IMG/VR virus record: IMGVR_UViG_3300021399_000127
Coordinates: 1 to 64,000 of that record
Direction: 5' to 3' (one strand)
Source: a virus
Taxonomy: Duplodnaviria > Caudoviricetes
Length of the DNA: 64,000 nucleotides
Shown: positions 1-11,040 of the stretch, one piece after another
How positions within the stretch are numbered: the first letter of the stretch is position 1
Layout: each line of letters starts with the position of its first letter
Made by a program: the position numbers and the translations under genes
The notes under the pieces: model-generated
Told to the model about the DNA's origin: nothing
Database searches by the model: none
The model's input: the letters and a program-made list of their open reading frames with translations, nothing else

Positions 1-64
1 CTTCTTAGTCATACTAATATATAATATTATATTAAGCTTATATAGAGTTATTATTATGTCTATA

Positions 65-144
65 TAACGACATACTTAACTAAATGGTTACAAAAAAGCA
101 AAATTTTAATTTATTTGCAACCAAATTTAGATACGTTTACGTTA
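65..144. promoter_or_regulatory. Pair of inverted bipartite motifs (GYAACC-N16/17-CGTTA), candidate divergent phage promoters
   Basis: The + strand has GCAACC(117-122)-N17-CGTTA(140-144). The - strand copy reads TAACG(65-69)-N16-GGTTAC(86-91) on +. They lie in AT-rich non-coding DNA ahead of the first gene. Promoter function is inferred. Confidence 0.4.
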
Positions 145-185
145 CAGGGTTGTTATTAATCAAGGATTTTTTTGAAGACTACAAA

Positions 186-587
186 ATGAATAATACTTTA
201 AAGGTTATTAAGCCTTTCTCATTCCTCGAGAAGGGTGATGTGCTTGAGCTTAACGAGAATGGAATGTACCAGAGTGTATACAAATCTGAGTACTCTACAA
301 GTGACGAGAATTGCGATAATGCTGCGTCATTTACATCTATTTTCGAGATCTCAAAGGAAACAGCTGAGTCATTGATTCGTGAGGGCTTTCTCTCACAGGA
401 ATCTGAAAATAGCAAATTTGTCAACATCTTTGATCAGATTGACTCTCTTATCAATAGTTATACATACGAATTGAATATGATTGATGAGTCTATGAAAGAT
501 AGTCCTGCTTGTATGAAAGTAGAGAAAGAGACTGTTCTTCGCAACATGATCAAATTGTTAGACTACTTAAAATCGCTTAAAAAGTAA
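186..587 (+). CDS. hypothetical protein (133 aa)
   Basis: Part of track ORF 84..587. The ATG at 186 has an A-rich Bacteroidota-type context. The stop TAA overlaps the next ATG (TAATG). Confidence 0.75.
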   Translation: MNNTLKVIKPFSFLEKGDVLELNENGMYQSVYKSEYSTSDENCDNAASFTSIFEISKETAESLIREGFLSQESENSKFVNIFDQIDSLINSYTYELNMIDESMKDSPACMKVEKETVLRNMIKLLDYLKSLKK

Positions 588-1021
588 TGAAAGAAGAGAA
601 CAATAACTTAGACCAGAAGTTGGCAGAGACTATTGACAATAAACTGGAATATACGTTCATTGAAAAGTTTTTGGTAAAGGAACTTGAGCCTACAATGATC
701 GAAGTCAAAGTTAAGAAGCCTATTCCTTCTGAGAAACAAGAGGGTAAAGACGAAAATGGCATAGAAGCTATAGACTTTGACAAGACAGAAGAGGTTACAG
801 AAACTGTTGCTGCAAAGTACAAGAAAGGTGTTGTACTTAAAGTTCCTACTAAATATATTGACAGTTACAACACACAGGTAGAGACATCTAAGATCAGCAC
901 TCTCGCCACAGAAAAAATTAACGTAGGAGACACAATCGTTTACAAGTGGAGTGAAGACTTCGATCTCTTTAAGGATTCAAAACTCGTATCTGTATACGAT
1001 GTTGTTGCAATCTGTAAGTAA
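587..1021 (+). CDS. GroES-like co-chaperonin
   Basis: KFLVK...KGVVLKVP...INVGDTIVY...KLVSVYDVVA follows the GroES strand pattern, with a long acidic mobile-loop region. TAATG junctions on both sides. Confidence 0.6.
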   Translation: MKEENNNLDQKLAETIDNKLEYTFIEKFLVKELEPTMIEVKVKKPIPSEKQEGKDENGIEAIDFDKTEEVTETVAAKYKKGVVLKVPTKYIDSYNTQVETSKISTLATEKINVGDTIVYKWSEDFDLFKDSKLVSVYDVVAICK

Positions 1022-1230
1022 TGGATTTAAATAAAGCTTGTAGAAGAATAGCCAAAGAGAATCAGATAGATTTAGATTTGGTAAAAAAGATTGTCATGTA
1101 TGAATTCCAATATACAAAGGACATGATGCAATCTGATAATACAGAAGACATCTTGTTTAACAAGCTATTCAAATTCAAACTTAAGACCAGATATAAAGAA
1201 AACAAAAACCAAAAATATTCATCGAAATGA
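1021..1230 (+). CDS. small HU/IHF-like DNA-binding protein
   Basis: Helix-helix-beta pattern RRIAKENQIDLDLVKKIV...ILFNKLFKFKLK, basic composition, coupled to both neighbours. Confidence 0.5.
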   Translation: MDLNKACRRIAKENQIDLDLVKKIVMYEFQYTKDMMQSDNTEDILFNKLFKFKLKTRYKENKNQKYSSK

Positions 1231-1583
1231 ACACGTTAGTTATTTCAAGCCACGGAAACGCAGTTAAGGTAAATCCAGAAACACTGGACGTTACTGATGT
1301 TGTTTACGATTGGGCTTCTGTTGATAAGATGTATCTCATGGACGAAGATTGTGATGTTGTTATTCGTCAACATAATGAGGATCCGATAAAGACTACTGCC
1401 AAGAAGGGAGATATAATCGTTATATTCTATCCACGCGAAGGATACAAACCATTCGCCATCTTCTAGAGTGAGGATTATGCACATAATTTGATGCAGTATA
1501 GATTCGATAGGGAAGGACGTAAGAACGATTGTGACAAGTGTGTATGTGATGCATGTGAAGCGATTAGTTGTGGAGCTGCTTAA
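1227..1583 (+). CDS. hypothetical protein with Cys-rich C-terminus (118 aa, 1 TAG=Gln)
   Basis: The frame stays open past TAG 1464-1466 to TAA 1581-1583, which fills the gap to the next gene. Confidence 0.7.
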
Positions 1584-1599
1584 TTAAACATTGAATAAC

Positions 1600-1827
1600 A
1601 TGAATAAGAATAAAACAACGTTTAAACCAGATATTATTGTAGATCTTACTAATGCGAAGAGTGCAGCCGATGTATACGAGGCATTCGCAAACGCTAAGAT
1701 AAACAAGTACCTTACAACAGATGAGAAGAACATTCTTGCAGAGAGTCTTACAATTGTTTGTGTTGAGGTAGAAAAGAAACCAAGTCTCCTTAAAAGATTC
1801 TGGAACTGGATAACGCGTAAGAAGTAA
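1600..1827 (+). CDS. hypothetical protein (75 aa) with basic amphipathic C-terminus
   Basis: ATG at 1600 within track ORF 1591..1827. Ends KKPSLLKRFWNWITRKK-TAA. Confidence 0.75.
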   Translation: MNKNKTTFKPDIIVDLTNAKSAADVYEAFANAKINKYLTTDEKNILAESLTIVCVEVEKKPSLLKRFWNWITRKK

Positions 1828-1879
1828 ACAGTCTAAGCGTACTGTAAAACGCTTGATACAAAAACTTTTTCATACTGTT

Positions 1880-1943
1880 TGCGGGATGGTGTTAAGTAGC
1901 ATACCACAGTGGAGGTGACGGCGCGAATCAGTCTCCCGCAACA
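1880..1943 (+). ncRNA. tRNA-like element lacking an anticodon loop (initiator-tRNA-like acceptor stem)
   Basis: Perfect 7-bp acceptor stem TGCGGGA/TCCCGCA plus A. D-arm GTGT-TAAGTA-GCAT. Anticodon arm reduced to CCA-CAG-TGG. Variable loop AGGT. T-arm GACGG-CGCGAAT-CAGTC. Confidence 0.6.
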
Positions 1944-1944
1944 T

Positions 1945-2019
1945 TGCCCTTTGGTGTAACGGCTAGCACAGGAGGCTCTAACCCTCTTAGTCTGGGTTCG
2001 AATCCTAGAGGGGTAACCA
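1945..2019 (+). tRNA. amber suppressor tRNA, anticodon CUA (probably Gln-charged)
   Basis: Complete cloverleaf: acceptor TGCCCTT/AGGGGTA, D-arm GTGT/GCAC, anticodon arm GGAGG-CTCTAAC-CCTCT (CTA at 1978-1980), T-arm CTGGG-TTCGAAT-CCTAG, encoded CCA at 2017-2019. The U1-A72 pair is typical of tRNA-Gln. Confidence 0.96.
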
Positions 2020-2034
2020 AAATATTAGTGACGT

Positions 2035-2520
2035 ATGAAGTTAAATATAAAGAAATTATCTGAAAAGGCTGTAATGCCTATAAAAGCTCACAGCACAGAT
2101 GCTGGTTTTGATCTTACAGCAACAAGCATCACTACAGAAATCAACGAGTGTGGTCAATTGATCATTGTATATCACTCAGGTATAGCCGTTGATATTCCAG
2201 AAGGATATGTTGGGCTGCTGTTCTCCAGATCGAGTATTGCTAAGAAGTCTATCATACAGACAAACTGTGTTGGTGTAATTGATGCTGGATATCACGGTGA
2301 AGTAATGGCTAAGTTTAAAACTACCACAGATGTAGTTCCAGCTGTATACAAGGAGGGAGATAAGTTCGCTCAGCTTGTAATAGTACCATTGGCACAGATG
2401 GATCTCGAAGAGGTTGATGAACTTCCAGACAGTGAGCGTAATGATGGCGGTTACGGATCATCAGATAAAGCTTCTGACGTAGAAGCTCCAGCAGAGAATA
2501 CTACTGAGGAGCAGAAATAA
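2035..2520 (+). CDS. dut: trimeric dUTPase
   Basis: Motifs AGFDL, RSS, GVIDAGYHGE, AQL and R..GGYGSS are all present. Confidence 0.97.
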   Translation: MKLNIKKLSEKAVMPIKAHSTDAGFDLTATSITTEINECGQLIIVYHSGIAVDIPEGYVGLLFSRSSIAKKSIIQTNCVGVIDAGYHGEVMAKFKTTTDVVPAVYKEGDKFAQLVIVPLAQMDLEEVDELPDSERNDGGYGSSDKASDVEAPAENTTEEQK

Positions 2521-2584
2521 GAATACTGAATTTCTTCATAAATTTCAGAGTTTAGATAATTAGAAAAGTGATTTAGATAGCATT

Positions 2585-2609
2585 AGGGGACACATTAGTG
2601 CCCCCTTTT
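2585..2609 (+). terminator. intrinsic terminator-like hairpin
   Basis: AGGGGACAC-ATTA-GTGCCCCCT followed by TTT, downstream of dut. Confidence 0.6.
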
Positions 2610-2626
2610 GCCGTATACGATAATGT

Positions 2627-5600
2627 ATGAATCAATATTGTAAACATCAGTGTGCATGTCCAGAAGTGTGTATGCTGAATCATATAAAAAACCTCGGTAT
2701 ACATGTTACACCTGAAGACAAACAACGGTGGAATACTGCCGCAGAAAAATCTTCTGGAAAAGACATAGACATTGATGAGTATAGTACTACAGAAGAAGTA
2801 AAGCAGTTAATAAAAGATTATGTAGATAATCAAGGGTTTATCACAGATATACCTGAGTATTATGAGACTGAAGAAGAAGTCTTATTGCTGTTAAACACCA
2901 CTCTTGGTAACTATACTAGAAGTGAGGATTTAGATGAAACATTAGCACAGTATACAACTCTTGCTGCATTAAACGAGTTTGAGCAGGCTATATACGACTA
3001 CTTATAGTAGTTTAAACAAGATATTCTTGAAGACACTAAGTATGTTACAGCAATGTAGTTTAGTGATGTAAGTAGGGATCTTACGTTGACACAGAGTGAT
3101 GGTACAACATTGTCCGTCAATATACCTGGTGGTGGAGGTGGCAGCAGTGTATCGGCATACTTAATGATGGAAGCAATTGCGTATTGCAATGTGTCATCTG
3201 ATGTTACCCCAGTTACGCCGGAAGGTGGATCATATAACTTTAATACGTATATTTTAACTCCACCACACGACCCGACAATAGGCTCTACTGTAGTGTGGGC
3301 TAATTCACAAAACGGAATGACTGTAGACAGCACACACTCTATCTATATAAGTAAGCGTGTGTTCTCTAGTGATCCAGATGCCCCATCAACCAGTTGGTCA
3401 CAACCAATACTATACAGTGGTAGTATACAAACAGAGACTACTAATGTGAATGTTTATTCTACAGAGGTAGCAAAAGTATTTACTGTATACTGTGAAGGAA
3501 CCGTATAGAAGATAACAGACCCTGTTAGCGGAGAAATTTCATATAAATCTGTTCCTCCTAGCAATGTATCACACGCACCAGAAGGTGGTACATATGATAG
3601 AGCAAACGACGCCCTTTCATCTAACCCACATACATATGGTGTGCCAAATGAGTACTGGACACCGAACAGGCCTACTATACCTAGTACATGGACTGATCCT
3701 GATACAGAGTAGAGTGAGGATCCTGTTACGTTCAGTAAATCCTGTTATTTCTCTATAGGTACAGTTAAGAGCGATAATTCCTTAGAGTGGTCTACTCCAT
3801 CTGTATACGGTATAGATTACGTCATATAGGCTAGCAATCTAAAGTTTATAGCGATAGATTATAGTGTATTAGCCGAACATATAAGTCTAAGTACAGACGA
3901 CCTTGCTGTTGTAGCAGAGAATGTTGATTTAAAGACAGAATAGCTTGCTGTTATAGCTCAATATGTTTCTATTGATGCGCCGTTTACTAAATTTAGAGGC
4001 TCTGTGAGCGCGACTGAATTTGCAGTTGTAAAAGATAATACGTACTATACTATCGTTGACGATAATGTAGTCAAAAACACGGATATAGACCAAACACTGT
4101 TTAGTATCTCTTAGAATACCAATTAGGGGTACGATCCCACATCTCCTGCTACAGACGTTGTGTTGAATATATGGAACCCTGGACAGCTTGAAGGCCATGA
4201 GCGAGGAACAGAGGACCAGGGTAATGGTTAGAAAGGAACTCTTACTGGCAATGAAATAGAGTACACAATAAATCCTAAGAGGATTGCTTAGAGCGCGTAG
4301 ACGACATTTCAACACAGAGCAAGAACGTATGAATGTTATACGATTAATGCAACTGAGACAACTCCAGCACGAACAGAGGACGACTGGAATTATTTCAATA
4401 TCGAGGATTCACTCATTCAAGCTGCTAGGTATGCTACAGGTGCTACCACTGATAATTTTAGCAATCATGAGTGTGGAACGTTTACACTACCAGACCCTCA
4501 AAGATACGCAGGTACAACAATAAGTGTATCGGTATACCCTAGCACACGAGGCTCATCAGACGCAATGTCTACAGGTGTCGGTGATGAGATTACTGTGGCA
4601 GTTGAAAATGTGGTAACGCATAGTCGTTAGTATGACTTAAATTCTAAATTTTATAATCACAATCTGACTCTAAGCGAAGATGCAGATAAAGTGTCTGTTA
4701 TGTGGGCGTCTCTGATAACTAATGCAGCAACAAAACCATATGCAGGAAGAGACTATGACGATACTATAAATATTGATATAGACGAGTACCTTTTGCCAAG
4801 AAACATTGGTTACGATGAAACACTCTACGACGATTTGATAAATTTGTTCCCATAGATAAAAATAGACTAGAACAGTGTTTGGCAATTCGTAAAAGTTGTG
4901 CCATGTGATGAACATACTGCAGACACGATTCGGGCTACAAGTGATTCTAGTTTCTCGATAGATGGTATCGGTATAATATCATTAGATACAGATACTTATG
5001 ACAACATTCGAACATTACGAGAAAAACTAACAGCAGGAGGATTTGATAATATTAATGATTTTAAAGATCTCGTACACGGTTTGAACAATATGTCGACATA
5101 TGCTGTTGCTGGTGCAGGATAGACAGATCATATCAATAATATCATATCTAGAATAGCAGATGGTACGTCAATACATGAGAATGCTAATACACGTATTGAA
5201 AGAACCATTAACAATGCTAGCTCTCGTGTTTGTATTCTACCAACGTACTCAGGGTTCGACAGGCTGTGTGAAAACAAGCCATTGACGTTTACAGCTGTTG
5301 CAAAGAAAATTAAGAATCCGTGTGCATGGGAGGACCGTACAGTCAATAAATTCACCCCTGCTGAATTCTATTACTGGGAGATACAGTCAACGGACTTTGC
5401 TCCTGTGGTTGTATCATCTGGTATATGGTAGGCGGCATATACTCCAGCAAGTAGTGCTTCACTGGATGTGGTTGTTGGTAAAGTGTCTTATCCAGTCTTA
5501 AATAACGATCATACCATATCCGATAAAACTTTATATCAATGTGGTACCACAGCAAGAAACGCGTTTGAATAGGTTCTTGAGTAGTCAGAGGAGATGTCAA

Positions 5601-5779
5601 AACCTATAGTAGATGTATTACCGTTCACATAGGTATTAGCAACACTCGGATACATTCGTACTACGATGCTAGGCGACAACGATACTGCCTACCACAACAA
5701 CACAGGCCTTTACTACAATGATTAGATGAGCAAGGTGGCAAAAGCTTCAGTACAGAATTATATTAACATAAACAACTAA
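2627..5779 (+). CDS. large fibre/spike-like virion protein (1050 aa, many TAG=Gln)
   Basis: Track ORFs 2627, 3086 and 4898 share one frame. Read codon by codon, only TAG interrupts it until TAA 5777-5779, which overlaps the next ATG. It has the fibre motif HIKNLGIHVTPEDKQRWN, a poly-Gly linker and two PEGGxY modules. Confidence 0.8.
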
Positions 5780-6291
5780 TGTTTGATATACAAGGAAGTA
5801 AAATATCCTTAAGCACAGAAGACCTAGCAATACCTCCTTTTAAGAATCATTATAACAGTTCTAAAGATAAAACACAAGCTCTAAAAGAAATAGAGTATGT
5901 TGTGTGGTTATACAAATGGAATACACCTTATATGGCGTATCCAGAGAAAGAGAGAAGTAAGAAGATAGGTCAAGACGTGTTCGGGATAGACGATTATACA
6001 CCTTCTCCAGAAGTGATAGAGCTTGGTAAGCGTTTTATAGAGTTTCAAGATACTCCAGCAACTCGCTTACTAAGCGCGTCAGAATCTGCAGCAGAAGGAC
6101 TTATAGCAGCATTAAACGAATACTCTAGTTGTTAGATGGACATAGATACTGCTATAAAGGTTACAAGAATATTAAAAGATGTAGGAGGCATAGTTAAGTC
6201 ACTTGAAATAGCAATGACGCAAGCTAAAGCAGAACAAGCTGAAGCTGGTCGTGTTAAGGGTGGTGGAACTATAGGACTCTACGAGATATAA
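5779..6291 (+). CDS. conserved packaging-module protein, putative terminase small subunit (170 aa, 1 TAG)
   Basis: Open through TAG 6133-6135 to TAA 6289-6291. Helical, ends RVKGGGTIGLYE, and lies just upstream of TerL. The function is inferred from position. Confidence 0.6.
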
Positions 6292-6292
6292 T

Positions 6293-6508
6293 ATGGAAGA
6301 AACAAAACGTTACGTTGTATATGGCTGCGTATCTGGAACAAAAGCCTTCGATGGAGAGCGAACATGGAACCCGACAATCCATAAATTCCTAGAAACAGGA
6401 GATCATACAGATGCGTGTATTCTTTGTGGGGCACTGACCTCTGTTTTTTCTTAGTATGGCTATTACTTTTGGATACAGAGTGAGTCCATAAACGACGGTG
6501 ACAAATAA
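6293..6508 (+). CDS. hypothetical protein (71 aa, 1 TAG)
   Basis: MEETKRYVVYGCVSG...GDK-TAA fills the gap between the flanking genes. It is not in the ORF track. Confidence 0.6.
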
Positions 6509-6515
6509 TACAATT

Positions 6516-8537
6516 ATGGTAGACTTTAATAAACATGTAAAAAATACGGACAAGTTTAGACAAAGTGCAATACACTTTCAAAAACATGGCTGTTATACAT
6601 TGGCCCCTAGAGGTACTACCGATTATAAACGATTTTGGGACCAAGAAAGAGAAAGGTGTTTGAACGGTTATGTTGCTCCAGACGGAGACGAAATAACTGG
6701 ATATCACTATTTCTACTTAAACTATTCTCCCATCATGAAACTTGATGAGGTTGAATATACAGATAAACACGGAAACATAAGACGTCGAAGAGAACGTATA
6801 TTAGGTTTTCCTAGATTCTACGATTATGATTACTACTACTTCAATGCAATAGAAGAAGCAGAAATAACAGGAAAACATATGGCCGTGTTGAAAGCACGTC
6901 AACGTGGATATTCGTTCAAAGGGGCATCTATGTTGGTACGTAACTATGAGCTAATAAAAGGCTCAAAGAATTTTGCTGTAGCATCAGAACAGAAGTACTT
7001 AGTGGGAGACGGTCTCCTTACGAAAGCTTGGCAAATAATGGACTTCTGCGATAAGCATACAGCATGGGCTAAATCCAGATTGACATCTACCAGAATGGAG
7101 AGAGTATCTGGTTTTAAAGTAAAAGATGAATTCGGTAAAGAAACAGAACAAGGTTACTTATCTAGTATAGTAGGTATAACGCTTAAAAATGACCCTGAAA
7201 GAATCCGTGGTACTCGTGGTAAACTAGTACTCTGGGAGGAGGGCGGTAAATTCCCAAATCTGTTGACAGCATGGCGTATAGAACAACCTGCTGTGGAAAC
7301 AGATAATGGTGTCGCATTCGGTACGATGATAGCCTTCGGTACTGGCGGTACAGAAGGTGGTTCGTTTGATGGACTGAAAGAACTGTTCTACAAACCGGAT
7401 GCATACAATGTACTGAGTTTTCCTAATATATGGGACGACAATGCAGAAGAGACTAAATGTGGTTTCTTTGTTCCGTCGTGGAGTAATATGGACGCCGTAG
7501 ATGAGAATGGTAAACTCTTATTCATGGATGATGATGGCAACTCATATAAAGATCTTGCTATAGAGGAATTAATCAACCAAAGAAACAAGATTAAAGATGG
7601 GGGTGCTAGTTAGTCGTCAATAGACCGTTTTATATCAGAACGTCCTATAAAACCACAAGAAGCAGTACTTGAACTTGGTAAAAATATATTTCCTAGAAAG
7701 CTTCTGATGGATTAGCTTACGAGAATTCGTACAAACAAGAAATTGTAGAGTATGAAGCACATAGTGGATCTGTCTTGGTCAGATGGTAAAGTGATGGCTC
7801 ACGAAAAGAAGAGTGGAGACATTACAACATACCATCTTAAGAAAGACGATAAGCCGGAAGGTTCTGTAGTAATTTGGGAGTATCCTGTTCAAGACCCACC
7901 ATTTGGACTATACATAGCTGGATGTGACCCCTATGACCATGATGAGTCGTTCACCAATTCATTAGGATCTACTTTTATATTTAAACGTGTTCAAGCAGGA
8001 GAAGCTTGGCAAGACGTAATAGTAGCTGAATATTCTGGTAGACCAGCAACTGCGGAAGAATACTACGAAAACGTAAGAAAACTTTTAGTATTCTATAACG
8101 CAAGATTGTTGTTTGAGAATGAACGTAAAGGAATATATCCATACTTTACAAACAAACACTGTGATTATCTCTTGGCGGATTAGCCAGATAAGGTCATATC
8201 AGAAGTCATAAAAGACAGTAGAGTATAGAGACGTAAAGGCTGTCATATGACAAAACAGATTCGAGCATACGGAGAAGGATTAATACTAGAATGGATGATG
8301 GAGGAGTATGAACCAGGCCATCCGAACCTAGAACGTATATACAGCGAGCCGCTAATAGAAGAGCTCATTGAGAACGATGGTATAAAGAACGTCGATAGAG
8401 TCATAGCACTGTGTATGGTGATGATGTATCGAGAAGAGTTAGTTCAGGTTAAAGTGTCAGCTGCACAAGAAAAAAACAAACAGGTTGAACTATTTAGTAT
8501 TCCGTTATTTAGCGAACGGTACTGGAATTCATATTAA
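6516..8537 (+). CDS. terL: terminase large subunit (673 aa, 5 TAG=Gln)
   Basis: Walker A-like LKARQRGYS, Walker B LVLWEEGG, coupling motif FGTGG, nuclease GCDPY and DRVIA. Track ORFs 6498, 7752 and 8247 are in frame and separated only by TAG. Confidence 0.95.
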
Positions 8538-8564
8538 CAGTAGTTCGCCAATTAATTAAACAAT

Positions 8565-11039
8565 ATGGTAGAAGATAATTTATATAATTCACGATTTCCA
8601 CAACAGAAGTTACCGCTATCAAAGAAAACCGAGAAGTGGCAACATGATTGTGTAAATTACATAATAGGCGAAGGGAACATTGTTTCTGGAGGCCAGACAT
8701 ATACAAAGTTTGGCGAATTACAGGTATACTACGATTTATACAATAGCATATTCGACGAAAAGGATTTTAAACGTGTAACCAACCCGTTTAAGATCGAAGA
8801 AGGATTTCCAGCAGTACCGCAGGACTTTAACATAATTCGACCAAAGATAGACCTACTTATCGGTGAAGAGACAAAGAGACCTCTCAACTTTAGAGTGGTT
8901 AGAACATCGCAAGAAGCTACATCTGAACTGATGGAGACTTAGAAACAACTTGTGATGAATTATGTTCAAGCTGCGATCACATCTAAAATGAGTCCTGAGG
9001 AAGCTATGCAATTCTAGCAACAACTTCAAAGTGGTGAGATAATGCCCCCTGAAGAGATTGCTAAGTACATGGACAAGGATTACAAAGACGTTGTTGAGAA
9101 TACAGCATATCACACTCTTACATATCTCAGAGAACGTCTTAATATGGATAACGAGTTTATAAAAGGCTGGAAGGATGGTTTGATTGGTGGAATAGAGGTG
9201 TACTATGTTGGAGTACTTAACGAAGAGCCTTATATGGAGCGTGTTAACCCCATGTATTTCTCTTTTGATAAGAGTCCTGACCTAGAGTTCATAGAAGATG
9301 GCTCATGGTGTTGTCGTAGAATGAGACTACCAATAGCTGAGGTTTACGATAGATATTATGATAAGTTGTCTGACAAAGACCTCAATAAGCTTGAGGAGAT
9401 GATGAATCAAGCTTCTGCCAATAATCTCGGTGAGAAAGATCCGATAGACAATTTTAAGGGCATACAATTGCATATCTACGACAATCCAGTATTTGATGAA
9501 AAGAGTCAGCATTGCGTAAATGTATGGCACTGTTGCTGGAAGTCGTTTAAGAAGATTTTCTATGTCACTACAATGGACGAGCAAGGTGTTGCTTAGACAG
9601 ATATTGTAGATGAGACATTCAAACCATTTGGAGACGAAGTATCTGTTGAACCAGGTTGGATCATCGAGGTATGGGAAGGATATAGATGTGGTAATGATTT
9701 ATACTTTGGTATACAACCATTGGAATATCAACACGTATCTATTGACAACCCTAATTCGCAAAAACTTCCGTATACAGGAGCTGTGTATAGTAACACTAAC
9801 TCCAAACCAAGGTCTCTTGTGAGTATCCTCAAACCGTTGCAGTATATGTATATTGTATTGTGGTATAGATTGGAACTTGCATTAGCTAGAGACAAAGGTA
9901 AGATTATAACAATGGACGTTACACAGATTCCTAAGTCTATGGGTATAACTACTGAAAGATGGCTGCATTATCTATCATCTGTAGGTGTAAACTTCGTAAA
10001 CCCATATGAAGGTAATCCTGGCGATCCTAGCGGTAGCAGAGCTGCTTCATTTAATCAATTTGGTCAAGCAGATCTTACGATGAGCAATGTTATCGGTGAG
10101 TACATTCAGCTGATGGATAAGATAGAGCAGCTTGCTGGAAGTATCTCTGGTGTTACTACACAGCGCGAAGGTTCAATTAGTAGCTCAGAGCTTGTTGGTA
10201 ATGTTGAAAGATCTGTTATACAATCTTCTCATATTACAGAACCTTTGTTCTGGTTACATAATCAGTGTAAGCGTAGAGCAATGACAATGCTACTTGATAC
10301 TGCAAAAGGAGTATGGCAAGAAACAGGCAAAAGCAAGCTTAGCTACGTGTTCGATAACGGAGAACGTGCCTTTATAGATATCGTAGATAAGTTCTACTAT
10401 GAGGATGTTGATGTATTTGTAAGCGACACTTCTAAGGACGTAGAGAACATCAACAAGCTTCAACAGCTTATATAGCCTGCTATGCAGAATGGTGCTAGTC
10501 TTCTTGAAGCTGCAGAAGTTCTTACTAACGACAACTTCAACATACTTAAACAGAAGCTTAAAGATATGCAGACTCGTCAAGAACAGCTTCAACAGCAACA
10601 ACAACAAGCAGAGGCAGAACAGCAGCAAATGCTCCAGCAAATGTAGAACGAAGCTAAACAGCAAGAGCTCATGTTACAGGAAGCACAGATGGATCTGCAA
10701 AGATATCAGATAGATCAGGATAATGCTACTAGAATAGCTGTAGCTCAGATATCAGCATATCGTGGTACTGAAGATAAAGATGCTGATCAGAACGGAATAC
10801 CAGATCCTGTAGAGCTTGGTAATCAGGCTTTACAACAGCAGAAGATCGACAGTGATGCTTATACTAAACGATACGAAGCTAGACAAAAGCGTGAGATAGA
10901 GGATTAGAAGATTAAGCTCGAGCGTGAAAAGATGGAGCACGAGTCAAAGCTGCAGAAACAGAAAGATGACGCAGCTATGGAACGTGAAAAGTTGAAAGCA
11001 CGTACAGCTATACGTAATAAGACTGCGGGAGAGAAATAA
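8565..11039 (+). CDS. portal protein (824 aa, TAG=Gln)
   Basis: crAss-type N-terminus FPQQKLPLSKK, NIIRPKIDLLIGEE, LARDKGK and a Gln-rich C-terminal coiled coil. In-frame fragments 8565, 9042, 9720 and 10671 end at TAA 11037-11039. Confidence 0.92.
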
Positions 11040-11040
11040 T

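Noticed and set aside
84-185. 34-aa N-terminal extension of the first ORF
   Set aside because: It overlaps the candidate promoter motifs, and ATG 186 has the better initiation context.
1835-1854. Hairpin AAGCGT-ACTGTAAA-ACGCTT resembling a tRNA-Tyr anticodon loop, as a 'missing piece' of the anticodon-less tRNA
   Set aside because: The loop is 8 nt rather than 7, and nothing suggests splicing or permutation. It is too short to distinguish from chance.
6516-8537. Intein or self-splicing intron in TerL or other core genes, as is common in some crAss clades
   Set aside because: The length is normal, the frame is continuous, and I see no Hint or homing-endonuclease motifs.
10570-10680. CAA/CAG-rich repeat as a DNA repeat element; also CRISPR arrays, DGR or integrase anywhere in the window
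   Set aside because: It is just poly-Gln coding sequence in the portal. No regularly spaced repeats, reverse transcriptase or recombinase motifs were seen by eye.
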